Below are positions 29,304 through 37,061 of a stretch of 64,000 bases of DNA, piece after piece. The stretch covers positions 457,471 to 521,470 of the forward strand of contig JAJYMK010000003.1 in the NCBI GenBank assembly GCA_021786945.1, in the 5' to 3' direction. Every line of letters starts with the position of its first letter. Position 1 is the first letter of the stretch. Under the pieces are notes generated by a model. It ran no database searches. It was not told the DNA's origin and saw only the letters and a list, made by a program, of their open reading frames with translations. The DNA is from a bacterium (GTDB taxonomy: Bacteria > Patescibacteriota > Minisyncoccia > UBA6257 > 02-FULL-45-10c). The position numbers were made by a program, and so were the translations under genes.

Positions 29304-29561
29304 TTACTTTATGTTTATATCCAGCTTATATCCGAGACCTGCCGATATCTTTATGAGGGTCTTGAGGGTGATATTTCCCCTTCTGAAGTCATTTTCGATC
29401 TGACAAACCCTGGCCTGAGCCATTCCGGCTTTTTCGGCCAGCTCCGCCTGACTCATACCCGACTTCTCCCTTAGAAGCTTAACGATCCTGCCCAGAGTTG
29501 TGGGGTTCCCCGCGCCATCTCTGCACCTTCCACCTTCAAAAACTATCGAGTGTTTTTTCAT
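29304..29561 (-). CDS. XRE-family helix-turn-helix transcriptional regulator
   Basis: LGRIVKLLREKSGMSQAELAEKAGMAQARVCQIEN is a Cro/C1-type HTH; coding segment visibly G+C-richer than flanks; GGAGGA SD. Confidence 0.7.
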   Translation of the reverse strand: MKKHSIVFEGGRCRDGAGNPTTLGRIVKLLREKSGMSQAELAEKAGMAQARVCQIENDFRRGNITLKTLIKISAGLGYKLDINIK

Positions 29562-29635
29562 TACTCCTCCTTCTATTTTTAGAATAAAAACAACTGAGAA
29601 AAATAATAATTCATAAAATAACTAAAGTCAAAAAA

Positions 29636-30055
29636 TTAAATAATAATAATCAATGCGCCGGCTACCATTAAAACCGCGCCGATAACTACCTTCCAGCTCA
29701 TAGCCTCACCTAAAAATAAAGCTGATAGGATAATAACTAAGACAAAACTCAATCTGTCTACAACCGCCACCCTGCTAGCCAAGCCGTACTTTAAAGCCAA
29801 AAAATAAAATAGATAAGAAACGGCTCCGGCTAATCCTGAAAGAATTATAAATATCCAGTCCTTCGTATAAAAACTAACTAAAGAAAGTCCTTCAAATTTT
29901 TTAAGGAAAAAACTGGTGGTAGCAAAAAATAAGAACATTATTAACGTCCTCATAGTTGTTGCCAGGGTGGTGTCCACTCCGCCAAGGCCTATCTTGGCAA
30001 ATATAGCCACCAAAGCCGCCGAAACTGCCGAGAATAAAGCATAAATTAACCACAT
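29636..30055 (-). CDS. EamA-like (DMT superfamily) small transporter, 4-TM half-size form
   Basis: 139 aa, four hydrophobic helices, EamA-like C-terminal pattern. Confidence 0.55.
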   Translation of the reverse strand: MWLIYALFSAVSAALVAIFAKIGLGGVDTTLATTMRTLIMFLFFATTSFFLKKFEGLSLVSFYTKDWIFIILSGLAGAVSYLFYFLALKYGLASRVAVVDRLSFVLVIILSALFLGEAMSWKVVIGAVLMVAGALIIII

Positions 30056-30076
30056 AAATTTAAATGAGATTTAATT

Positions 30077-30688
30077 TTATTTTGACTCTCCTTCAAAATT
30101 TTGAGCCACTTCGCCAAATTTCATGGTCACGGGATCGAGTTTAAGCCAAATACTCTTACCCAATGAAGGTTGTATTGAAAATGGCTCTCCCGGCATGCGA
30201 ACAGCATAATTAACAACAATAACATTTTGTCTATTGGTTCCCAAAGCTGTTTTTCCGCTATCTATTTCTGTGGTCTGGGGAGCTATTCTATCTCCAAGGA
30301 AAAAACCTTCAGAGCCGGCATATCCGTTAACGGTATTCAAGGCCGCAACTACATAATAAAACGTTCCCGTTCCTCCAGTTTGCTGCGTCAATAAAAATGC
30401 AATATCCTCTCTTCCGTCACCATTAAAATCAGCTCTTACTTCATTGCCAAAATACCTTGTAATTATTTTGGAGGCCGAGCCAGGAGCCGCCGGAATTTCC
30501 GATAAACCATTTTTTAAAGTAACTTTAGATCCATCGATCGTATAAGTTGCATTCAAATAACTAAATCCTGTTTCAGAATTCGAGTTAGTACTATTTTTTG
30601 CAAAATAGAATTTATAAACGGCGAAACCTAAGATAGCCAGCAAAATAATACCCAATACAATTCCCAAAACAGTAGGCATTTTCTTCAT
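30077..30688 (-). CDS. membrane-anchored hypothetical protein (203 aa)
   Basis: N-terminal TM helix then soluble domain; no family recognised. Confidence 0.5.
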   Translation of the reverse strand: MKKMPTVLGIVLGIILLAILGFAVYKFYFAKNSTNSNSETGFSYLNATYTIDGSKVTLKNGLSEIPAAPGSASKIITRYFGNEVRADFNGDGREDIAFLLTQQTGGTGTFYYVVAALNTVNGYAGSEGFFLGDRIAPQTTEIDSGKTALGTNRQNVIVVNYAVRMPGEPFSIQPSLGKSIWLKLDPVTMKFGEVAQNFEGESK

Positions 30689-30715
30689 AAGATTATTATA
30701 TCTTAAAAAGAAATT

Positions 30716-31042
30716 TTACAGAATAAATCTGACGATAAAAACCGATAATGTTATAAGAGCCAGGGATAAAATCGTATAAACAAATACCAAAATGCTTTCT
30801 TTTTTTAATCCCTCCAAATAAAAATAAACGGATCTTCCGAAAACCAGCGTTCCGGTAACCGCAGCGGAAATAACCAATAACATCAGCGTCATCACCGGCT
30901 GCCACAAACTAAAATTTTTACCTATCCATTTATCCGTATTAAACAAAACCCAAACAATTCCTGAGGTATAAACAAACACCCCGATCGACTGGACCAATGC
31001 ATACAATACTAATTTTGAATTTTTCATATATACAAAAACCAA
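30716..31042 (-). CDS. hypothetical small membrane protein
   Basis: 3 predicted TM helices; overlapping shorter ORF 30696-30905 rejected. Confidence 0.4.
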   Translation of the reverse strand: MVFVYMKNSKLVLYALVQSIGVFVYTSGIVWVLFNTDKWIGKNFSLWQPVMTLMLLVISAAVTGTLVFGRSVYFYLEGLKKESILVFVYTILSLALITLSVFIVRFIL

Positions 31043-31116
31043 AAAGAAAACCCCAAAGTTTCTTTTAATTAAAATTAGTAATCAATCCAAGCTAAAATTT
31101 ATTTTTATCAAAAAAT

Positions 31117-31578
31117 CTATTGCATCTTTTCCCATCCAATCACCGGGTGAATCTCCCACCAATTATGCGGCTCATCAAATCTAGAAATACCCCAAATTCT
31201 TATTTTTTCTCCAACGGCTGGCAAATTCAAAGATTTTATCTCTGGTATAAATTCGGTAACTAGCGCGGAACCAATATTGCTTTTAACAACAACATGGGCA
31301 TCGCCGTCCGGTTCGGCTGTAACTATTTCGACAATACCCTCAACCGCAACTTTTGTTTTTTTACTTCCATTTTCAATAAAATCAACAATATCTACATCGT
31401 GATAAAGCAGATCTTGCTCTATTCCAACCCCCTTATTCAGAAAAAAAACTGAAGGGTCGGACAAAAAACTTGGAAATGCGGCCCTTGGATTTAAAGTCTT
31501 ATTTCTTGCATATATACCGATGCCAATACCCGCTACAAATACAATAATAACTATAAAAATATAAACTATTTTTTTCAT
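31117..31578 (-). CDS. membrane-anchored hypothetical protein (153 aa)
   Basis: N-terminal TM helix; no family recognised. Confidence 0.5.
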   Translation of the reverse strand: MKKIVYIFIVIIVFVAGIGIGIYARNKTLNPRAAFPSFLSDPSVFFLNKGVGIEQDLLYHDVDIVDFIENGSKKTKVAVEGIVEIVTAEPDGDAHVVVKSNIGSALVTEFIPEIKSLNLPAVGEKIRIWGISRFDEPHNWWEIHPVIGWEKMQ

Positions 31579-31630
31579 AGTTTAATTATAAGATATTTAC
31601 AAAAAAATTTTATAATATATAAACGAATAA

Positions 31631-31704
31631 CGGGGTGCCTAACGGGAATCGAACCCGTGTAACCGCTTCCACAGAGCGGGGCTCTACCATTGAGCTATAG
31701 GCAC
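31631..31704 (-). tRNA. tRNA-His (anticodon GTG)
   Basis: Cloverleaf on minus strand: extra 5' G(-1) pairing with discriminator C, anticodon loop CUGUGGA, T-arm GGGTTCGATTCCC. Confidence 0.85.
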
Positions 31705-31767
31705 CATATCAAGCAACCTGCCAATTGCTGTTTTAAATAATACCAAAAAAAATCATTTTTACAAATA

Positions 31768-31795
31768 AAAAGCCCCCGTTGTTACAGGGGCTTTG
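31768..31795 (-). terminator. intrinsic terminator for 31809-32354
   Basis: hairpin AAAGCCCC-TGTAACAACG-GGGGCTTT followed by T-run on minus strand. Confidence 0.65.
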
Positions 31796-31808
31796 GCCAA
31801 CAAGCTAT

Positions 31809-32354
31809 TTAAAGCGGGTTGGCGGAGGAAAACAGCTCGAACGCCTTTTTAGTATCCAGGCGGCCGGAACCCAGAAAAAGATCCTTAAAGAAAGCGCCCA
31901 GCCTCTTCTGTTCGGCGTTGCTGAAATAAGCCAACGACGAAAACTTCAGAGGAAAGAGCTTGGATTTTTCTTCCAGGACTCTGTACTTACACTCGTCTTC
32001 GTTGCAGCAGGTAAAACGGTGGCCATAAGAACAGCCGCCATAGCTGTAACGGACGGAAAACATCTCCACTTTCTTGCGCTCTCCGTCATACGAGCAGTAA
32101 GGACACTCTTCGGAACTCTTAATGAACTCACCGGCCCTCATCACCCAAGCCAGGTGCAGATGCAACCTGTTGGGCAAAGAACCGGAAGCCATATTTTTAT
32201 CCGCTATATTCTTCAGATAGACCAGATATCCGTGATCCGCAAACATCAGCGCCTCTACGGACTGGCCGGCTTTTTTTCCGGACTTAAACATATACGGCCC
32301 GGACAACTCATAAGGAAAATTGCTTCCTTTTATCACTACGTTTACCAGAGCCAT
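31809..32354 (-). CDS. hypothetical Cys-rich protein (181 aa) on a G+C-rich segment
   Basis: GGAGG SD 5 nt upstream of ATG; Cys cluster ECPYCSYDGE...GGCSYGHRFTCCNEDEC suggests a zinc-binding module; opposite-strand ORF 31779-32402 rejected. Confidence 0.55.
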   Translation of the reverse strand: MALVNVVIKGSNFPYELSGPYMFKSGKKAGQSVEALMFADHGYLVYLKNIADKNMASGSLPNRLHLHLAWVMRAGEFIKSSEECPYCSYDGERKKVEMFSVRYSYGGCSYGHRFTCCNEDECKYRVLEEKSKLFPLKFSSLAYFSNAEQKRLGAFFKDLFLGSGRLDTKKAFELFSSANPL

Positions 32355-32493
32355 TTAAGGCCTCCTCGATTCCTAGATTTTCAAACAACAATGAAAATAT
32401 AATGATATAAAAATGCCTAAAAGTCAATGGTAATTTTTAAAAAATAAAAACGCCTTGCGGCGAATCTATAGTGTTTACCACGAGCTTTTCGAA

Positions 32494-32568
32494 TGGTGCC
32501 TGGGGGGTGAATTGAACACCCGACGCCAGCCTCTTCAGGGCTGCGCTCTACCACTGAGCTACCCAGGC
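32494..32568 (-). tRNA. tRNA-Phe (anticodon GAA)
   Basis: Cloverleaf: GCCTGGG/CCCAGGC acceptor, anticodon loop CUGAAGA, T-arm GGGTGTTCAATTCACCC, encoded CCA. Confidence 0.85.
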
Positions 32569-32668
32569 ATTATTTAGTTTTACTGCTTAATAATAACAAA
32601 ATAAAAATATTTTTCAATAATAAATAAAAAAGCGGCTGATTAACAGCCGCTTTATTTTTTAAAAACAT

Positions 32669-33049
32669 TTAGGATTTGTTAGGTTTTTTCAATCCGTGCG
32701 CTTTTACGTAAGCGTCGAATTTCTTGCGCCTTTCTATTTCGGCATCGCGATCTTCGATGTCTTGTTTTCGGCAGTACAGCCCGCCGCCAAGATGGGTCCA
32801 GCCATCCCGTTCATTCGGATCTTTTTTATCTTTCTGATATTCCCCTAAAAATTCCTTCCGGATGCTCCGAATAGCCAAACGGCCTAAGACCGAAAGAAAA
32901 AGCCCGACGCACAGAAGAGCGGAAGCTAAATAAGGATGAAGCAGTGACACTCCTGTAAATACAGAAATTACGATGCTTATAGCCCCGACAGCCATCATCA
33001 AAAGGCCATAAATGAAAGCCTTTCTAGCTCTTTCAAATGCAGTAAACAT
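32669..33049 (-). CDS. small 2-TM membrane protein with highly charged C-terminal tail (G+C-rich segment)
   Basis: Start set at ATG (MFTAFERARKAF) with GGAGG SD; the ORF track's longer version begins at an upstream TTG. Two hydrophobic helices then a K/D/E/R-rich tail. Confidence 0.5.
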   Translation of the reverse strand: MFTAFERARKAFIYGLLMMAVGAISIVISVFTGVSLLHPYLASALLCVGLFLSVLGRLAIRSIRKEFLGEYQKDKKDPNERDGWTHLGGGLYCRKQDIEDRDAEIERRKKFDAYVKAHGLKKPNKS

Positions 33050-33158
33050 TTTTATCCTCCTAATAATTTTCAATATAAGACTAACAACGTTCTAAACAAA
33101 ACCTACCACTAGTAGATAAAAAGTCAACCGAAAACAAATATCGGATAATATATAAATG

Positions 33159-33230
33159 TGTCCCCGCAAGGAATCGAACCTTGATATCCAGCTTAGAAGG
33201 CTAGTGTTCTATCCATTGAACTACGGGGAC
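33159..33230 (-). tRNA. tRNA-Arg (anticodon TCT)
   Basis: Cloverleaf: GTCCCCG/CGGGGAC acceptor, D-stem GTTC/GAAC, anticodon loop CUUCUAA, T-arm CAAGGTTCGATTCCTTG. Confidence 0.8.
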
Positions 33231-33353
33231 AGAGTATGTATAGAAGATAATAATCCAAAAATGAATCTATTTCAACAATAATTACACAGAATAAAAAAAT
33301 GAAACTGTTGAAAATACACTAAAAATAGAATAAACTATTTCTAGTTTAAAAAA

Positions 33354-33424
33354 CGGAGTGTCGTATAACGGCAGTATGCATGCTTTGGGAGCATGCGGCC
33401 TGGGTTCAATTCCCAGCACTCCGA
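33354..33424 (+). tRNA. tRNA-Pro (anticodon TGG)
   Basis: Acceptor CGGAGTG/CACTCCG, anticodon stem-loop CATGC-UUUGGGA-GCATG (identical loop to E. coli tRNA-Pro UGG), T-arm CTGGGTTCAATTCCCAG; short D-loop. Confidence 0.7.
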
Positions 33425-33466
33425 CAAAAATTTTTCTTATAAAAAATAAAACCGGTTTTCATGGGC

Positions 33467-33494
33467 TTGATTTTTTTTAGCGATATGCTATTAT
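33467..33494 (+). promoter_or_regulatory. promoter TTGATT-16-TATTAT for cassette 1
   Basis: Homologous to cassette 2 promoter (shared CTTGAYTTT...ATGCTAWTATA). Confidence 0.5.
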
Positions 33495-33566
33495 AGCAAC
33501 TCGCTGTTTAACAACTCCGACTGCGCCCTAAGCGCTGCCGGAAATATAAAAGGACGAGGAGAAAGC

Positions 33567-33920
33567 ATGAACAAAACCACGAAAACTGCGGTACTGGTGA
33601 TAGACACGGACACGACGATCAACGAGGACATCCTCAACGTGATCAGGACCAACCACGGCACGAACACGCGCATCAAGACGGTGCGCTCGGCCAAAGCGTT
33701 CGCGACCCCCTACGGGTTCACGAACCTGGTCCAGCAGTACACCACCGGGCGCAACACTACCGTGTACGCCCTCAAGACCGATCTGAAGGGTCCGGCCCTG
33801 AAGGCGGCGATGCAGACGGGCATCAAGTTCAACCTCCTGTTCAGGAACAGGAGCAGGAACTGGAACTCGGTCAGCGCCCGCCAGATCACGGCCTCCAGCC
33901 CGCGGCCGAAGTATAGCTAA
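33567..33920 (+). CDS. small protein, cassette paralog A (117 aa), unknown family
   Basis: AGGAG SD; shares HGTNTRI(K/R)xVRS, GFTxL(V/I)QQ, T(T/A)TVYA blocks with 34169-34495; G+C-rich; antisense ORFs rejected. Confidence 0.6.
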   Translation: MNKTTKTAVLVIDTDTTINEDILNVIRTNHGTNTRIKTVRSAKAFATPYGFTNLVQQYTTGRNTTVYALKTDLKGPALKAAMQTGIKFNLLFRNRSRNWNSVSARQITASSPRPKYS

Positions 33921-33928
33921 GCCGCGCA

Positions 33929-34072
33929 AGCAGCCGCAGAGCAGAGAGAGACAATGCGGAAAAGCCTATGAAGCCCGACAAAATAGTGGCTAAGTAGGTC
34001 GGCTACGGAGCCGAAGTGTAGTAAGCCCCGCATCATCCAACAAAACACGGATGGTGCGGGGCCTTTTTTTAT
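33929..34072 (+). repeat. conserved 144-nt 3' element (copy 1) ending in long-stem intrinsic terminator
   Basis: 142/144 identical to 34571-34714; internal hairpins GCCCGAC...GTCGGC and CGGCT-ACGG-AGCCG; terminator stem CCCCGCATCATCC/GGATGGTGCGGGG + T7. Confidence 0.75.
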
Positions 34073-34083
34073 TTTTAAATAAC

Positions 34084-34111
34084 TTGACTTTTATAAAAAC
34101 TATGCTAATAT
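34084..34111 (+). promoter_or_regulatory. promoter TTGACT-16-TAATAT for cassette 2
   Basis: Homologous to cassette 1 promoter. Confidence 0.5.
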
Positions 34112-34168
34112 ATTTTCTACCGTTTTAAAAAACGGTTCGGTACTTTAAAAAACAGGAGAAGTTATTTA

Positions 34169-34495
34169 ATGAACAACAAAAAGACTGTGGTTCTGGCGAC
34201 GAAGAGCGGCAACGTGGACAATGCGGTAATACGCATCATCAAGTCCAAACACGGGACTAACACGAGAATACGCTTCGTGCGGTCCAGCAGGGTTTTCAAC
34301 ACGGACTCGGGTTTCACTACCCTGATCCAGCAGAATCGCAATACCGCTACGGTGTACGCGATCCGCGAAGAACTGCCCCGCAACTCCTTCGAAACCGCGG
34401 TGAAAACCGGCCTGGCTTTCTGCATCCTGAACAAGGACGCAAACAAGGGCTGGAACATCTTCCACCGCCGCGAAAATAACGGCCTCGCCCAGTAA
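34169..34495 (+). CDS. small protein, cassette paralog B (108 aa), unknown family
   Basis: CAGGAGAAG SD; paralog of 33567-33920 (by-eye under half of positions identical); G+C-rich. Confidence 0.6.
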   Translation: MNNKKTVVLATKSGNVDNAVIRIIKSKHGTNTRIRFVRSSRVFNTDSGFTTLIQQNRNTATVYAIREELPRNSFETAVKTGLAFCILNKDANKGWNIFHRRENNGLAQ

Positions 34496-34570
34496 GTAAA
34501 CCAGGCCGATAGCGGCACGCAGCGTAGTTGCAGCGAAAGAAAAAGCAGCAAAAACGCAGTGAAAGAGAAA

Positions 34571-34714
34571 AGCAGCCGCAGAGCAGAGAGAGACAATGCG
34601 GAAAAGCCTATGAAGCCCGACAAAATAGTGGCTAAGTAGGTCGGCTACGGAGCCGCAGTGTAGTACGCCCCGCATCATCCAACAAAACACGGATGGTGCG
34701 GGGCCTTTTTTTAT
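34571..34714 (+). repeat. conserved 144-nt 3' element (copy 2) ending in long-stem intrinsic terminator
   Basis: Differs from copy 1 at two positions only (ccgAagtg/ccgCagtg; gtaAgcc/gtaCgcc). Confidence 0.75.
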
Positions 34715-34755
34715 CCCACGTATAAGTTTTATATGAGGGATTTATTTATTTCAGA

Positions 34756-34783
34756 TTGACAAAATCAAAAAAATAAGTATAAT
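34756..34783 (+). promoter_or_regulatory. consensus promoter TTGACA-16-TATAAT
   Basis: Exact -35 and -10 hexamers upstream of 34869-35123. Confidence 0.6.
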
Positions 34784-34868
34784 TATTACCATATTTGTTG
34801 CTCTGCACCAAAGTAATAGCCACTTAACAAATAAATAAAAGCTGTTTGTAATCAAGGAGAAAAGTATC

Positions 34869-35123
34869 ATGTCTAAATTAGCTGTTATCGTCGGTACGAG
34901 CGAAGTAACCCGCGATCCGCTCGAACTTCTTATCGAAAAAGAGGAAAGGGTTAAAAGAGACAAAAAGGACGAAGAAAGCGATAATAAAGGAGAAGTCAAA
35001 GTTTCTGCGCCCTGCCTCGTATTAATTCCCAACTCTTTCAAAGAGGCCTGCGAAGATCCGTGCGAGATTCTGATAGCTCTGTCGGATCCCGAGGAAGTTC
35101 TGCGCCAGGCGTTAATAAACTAA
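34869..35123 (+). CDS. small acidic hypothetical protein (84 aa)
   Basis: AAGGAGAAAAG SD, consensus promoter upstream, terminator at 35179-35204; no family recognised. Confidence 0.5.
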   Translation: MSKLAVIVGTSEVTRDPLELLIEKEERVKRDKKDEESDNKGEVKVSAPCLVLIPNSFKEACEDPCEILIALSDPEEVLRQALIN

Positions 35124-35178
35124 ACCAGCGCAATTCAGCCAATGACATCGTGGACTTAAAGGAGGTCCGCAAAAAACA

Positions 35179-35204
35179 AAAGCCCCGCTATAAAAGCGGG
35201 GCTT
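35179..35204. terminator. bidirectional intrinsic terminator
   Basis: hairpin AAAGCCCCGC-TATAAAA-GCGGGGCTTT between convergent genes. Confidence 0.75.
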
Positions 35205-35210
35205 TAACTT

Positions 35211-35849
35211 TTAATTTATCGCACTATCAAACTCTCTAAGTTTCTGATTAAACGAGTCATTTAAAGAATTTATATCATCGCCTTCCCTGTTCATATTGTT
35301 TATAAATATCTGAACGTTATCACCGTCATAATTTTTATCACCCTCGAATTTCATCTTTAGTACCTTCAACAAACCCTCAAAATAAGCATTGTAATTCAAT
35401 AGATGGTTTATTAAAGAAACTTCCTGAGAAACAGCATCAAAAGCCAAACTCTTAGCCGTTGCTGGTTTTATACCCTGCACCGCCTGGGCCATTTTCCCCA
35501 ATTTATCGGAAAGTTCCAAGGCTTTATTTTTTGCATTCTCTATATTTTTAGTTTCTTCTTCAACTAGATTCAATGCGCTGGAAAATCTTCCGGCTTTATC
35601 CTCTTCGGATATTTTATCCAAATTTTTAACTGAAGCATCTAAAATAACAACTAAATCTGAAGCCAAAACAGAGCTCTGACTTCTGGCGTCCTTGAAATTA
35701 TCGGGAACAAAAGATCTTGAAGCGGAAAAATAAAATACTATTCCGGCCAAAACCAGGGCCAAAATAATCCACATTATTACCAATCCGGAAACCGAGGATC
35801 TTGTTTTCATAATAGATTTTATTATAATAGAATAGTTGAAATAATACAA
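35211..35849 (-). CDS. membrane-anchored hypothetical protein
   Basis: N-terminal TM helix (…GLVIMWIILALVLAGIVFYF), coiled-coil-like soluble part; start uncertain (alternative ATG at 35810). Confidence 0.5.
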   Translation of the reverse strand: MYYFNYSIIIKSIMKTRSSVSGLVIMWIILALVLAGIVFYFSASRSFVPDNFKDARSQSSVLASDLVVILDASVKNLDKISEEDKAGRFSSALNLVEEETKNIENAKNKALELSDKLGKMAQAVQGIKPATAKSLAFDAVSQEVSLINHLLNYNAYFEGLLKVLKMKFEGDKNYDGDNVQIFINNMNREGDDINSLNDSFNQKLREFDSAIN

Positions 35850-35882
35850 AACCTATGCCTACCATTTAGAAATAGGTTTTAA

Positions 35883-35953
35883 GCGGGTATCGTATACCGG
35901 TATTACCTCAGCTTTCCAAGCTGATGAAAGGGGTTCGACTCCCCTTACCCGCT
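35883..35953 (+). tRNA. tRNA-Gly (anticodon TCC)
   Basis: Acceptor GCGGGTA/TACCCGC, anticodon stem-loop TCAGC-UUUCCAA-GCTGA, T-arm AGGGGTTCGACTCCCCT, discriminator U. Confidence 0.85.
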
Positions 35954-36048
35954 CAAACAACCGCCTCAATACAATAAATACCTTATAATATAAAGTAAGG
36001 ATAGAGACCTGTTTTTAAGAAACTAAAAGCCCGCTTATTCGTTTTATT

Positions 36049-36600
36049 ATGTTAGAGAACGAGAAAAAATACATAGAAGATGCTAAAGCCGGAAATCAAG
36101 AGGCTTTCGGAATTATTTACAATCACTATATTGCTCAAATATATAGATTTGTTTTGTTTAAGGTTTCCGGAAAGCAAATAGCCCAAGATCTTACCCATGA
36201 AACGTTCTTGAGTGCCTGGCAAAATATAAAAAATTATAAACATAAAGAATTTCCGATATCCAGCTGGCTTTACCAGATTGCCAGAAACAAAGTTATAGAT
36301 TATTACAGGACAAATAAGAAAAATATTTCCATAGATACAGAGGAATTTGATGAAAGCTCATTGGGATTTGAAGAACAGAAAAACCTAGATGGGCCGATGA
36401 ACTTAGAAAAAATAAAATCTCTGATAACCTACCTGAAGCCGGAATATCAAGATGTAATAATTATGAGATATGTAGAAGACTTGGATCATGGAGAAATAGC
36501 CCATGCTATGAAAAAAAGCGAAGGGGCGGTAAGGCTTCTACAACATAGAGCAATAAAAAATTTAAAGGAATTATATGAAAAATATAGAGGAAATAATTAG
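36049..36600 (+). CDS. RNA polymerase sigma-70 factor, ECF subfamily
   Basis: Region 2 (…IYRFVLFKVSGKQIAQDLTHETFLSAWQN…) and region 4 HTH (…DHGEIAHAMKKSEGAVRLLQHRAIKNLK); 183 aa. Confidence 0.85.
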   Translation: MLENEKKYIEDAKAGNQEAFGIIYNHYIAQIYRFVLFKVSGKQIAQDLTHETFLSAWQNIKNYKHKEFPISSWLYQIARNKVIDYYRTNKKNISIDTEEFDESSLGFEEQKNLDGPMNLEKIKSLITYLKPEYQDVIIMRYVEDLDHGEIAHAMKKSEGAVRLLQHRAIKNLKELYEKYRGNN

Positions 36601-37060
36601 ACAACTAAAGAAGACTGAACCGGAAAAGGAATATACTGTTAATTCCCTTAATTTGATTTTAGCTAATCCGCAAAATCCAAAAAACAAATTTACCTTCAGC
36701 TTAGCCGATATATTAAAATACAGTGTTGCGATGGGCTTAACCGGTATTTTGATTATTTTTTCCTTAAGCGATGCTTTTTTGGGACTGAATGCAAAAATTC
36801 TTTCGCCTATTCTTCTTTCCAGCTTAGATGAACAAAAACTCAAAAACGAAGCTAGCCAGGTTGATATAAAAATATCAATTTCCGAAGCCAAATATTATAA
36901 TGACTCAATAAATAAAGTTGCCGTAGCTTTAAATGAGACGGCCCAAAACGGTCCAGATCATTTAAATTCGGCTATTATACAAAAAGAAATCCAGGGCTTG
37001 GATATAAATAATCAAAACGACAAAAATATAGATGATTTATTAAATAAATTAACCTTATAA
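36575..37060 (+). CDS. putative membrane-anchored anti-sigma factor (inferred from context)
   Basis: 26-nt overlap with sigma gene end (translational coupling), single central TM helix; no conserved motif recognised. Confidence 0.4.
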   Translation: MKNIEEIIRQLKKTEPEKEYTVNSLNLILANPQNPKNKFTFSLADILKYSVAMGLTGILIIFSLSDAFLGLNAKILSPILLSSLDEQKLKNEASQVDIKISISEAKYYNDSINKVAVALNETAQNGPDHLNSAIIQKEIQGLDINNQNDKNIDDLLNKLTL

Positions 37061-37061
37061 T

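Noticed and set aside
30696-30905. 69-aa ORF overlapping 30716-31042 in another frame
   Set aside because: The longer overlapping ORF encodes a coherent 3-TM membrane protein; the short one has no features.
31779-32402. 207-aa plus-strand ORF opposite 31809-32354
   Set aside because: The minus-strand ORF has a GGAGG SD and a downstream terminator. The plus-strand ORF has neither and is an antisense artefact of a G+C-rich segment.
33567-34495. Idea that the tandem small proteins are ssRNA-phage (levivirus) coat-protein-like
   Set aside because: There is only a vague N-terminal beta-hairpin-like resemblance (hydrophobic strand, D/N-G turn, strand). The genes are embedded in DNA with bacterial promoters and terminators. 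Not supportable without structure prediction.
33528-34690. Minus-strand ORFs 33528-33929, 34162-34623 and 34166-34690 overlapping the tandem small-protein cassettes
   Set aside because: Promoters, SD sequences and terminators are all plus-strand oriented, and high G+C suppresses stop codons on the antisense strand.
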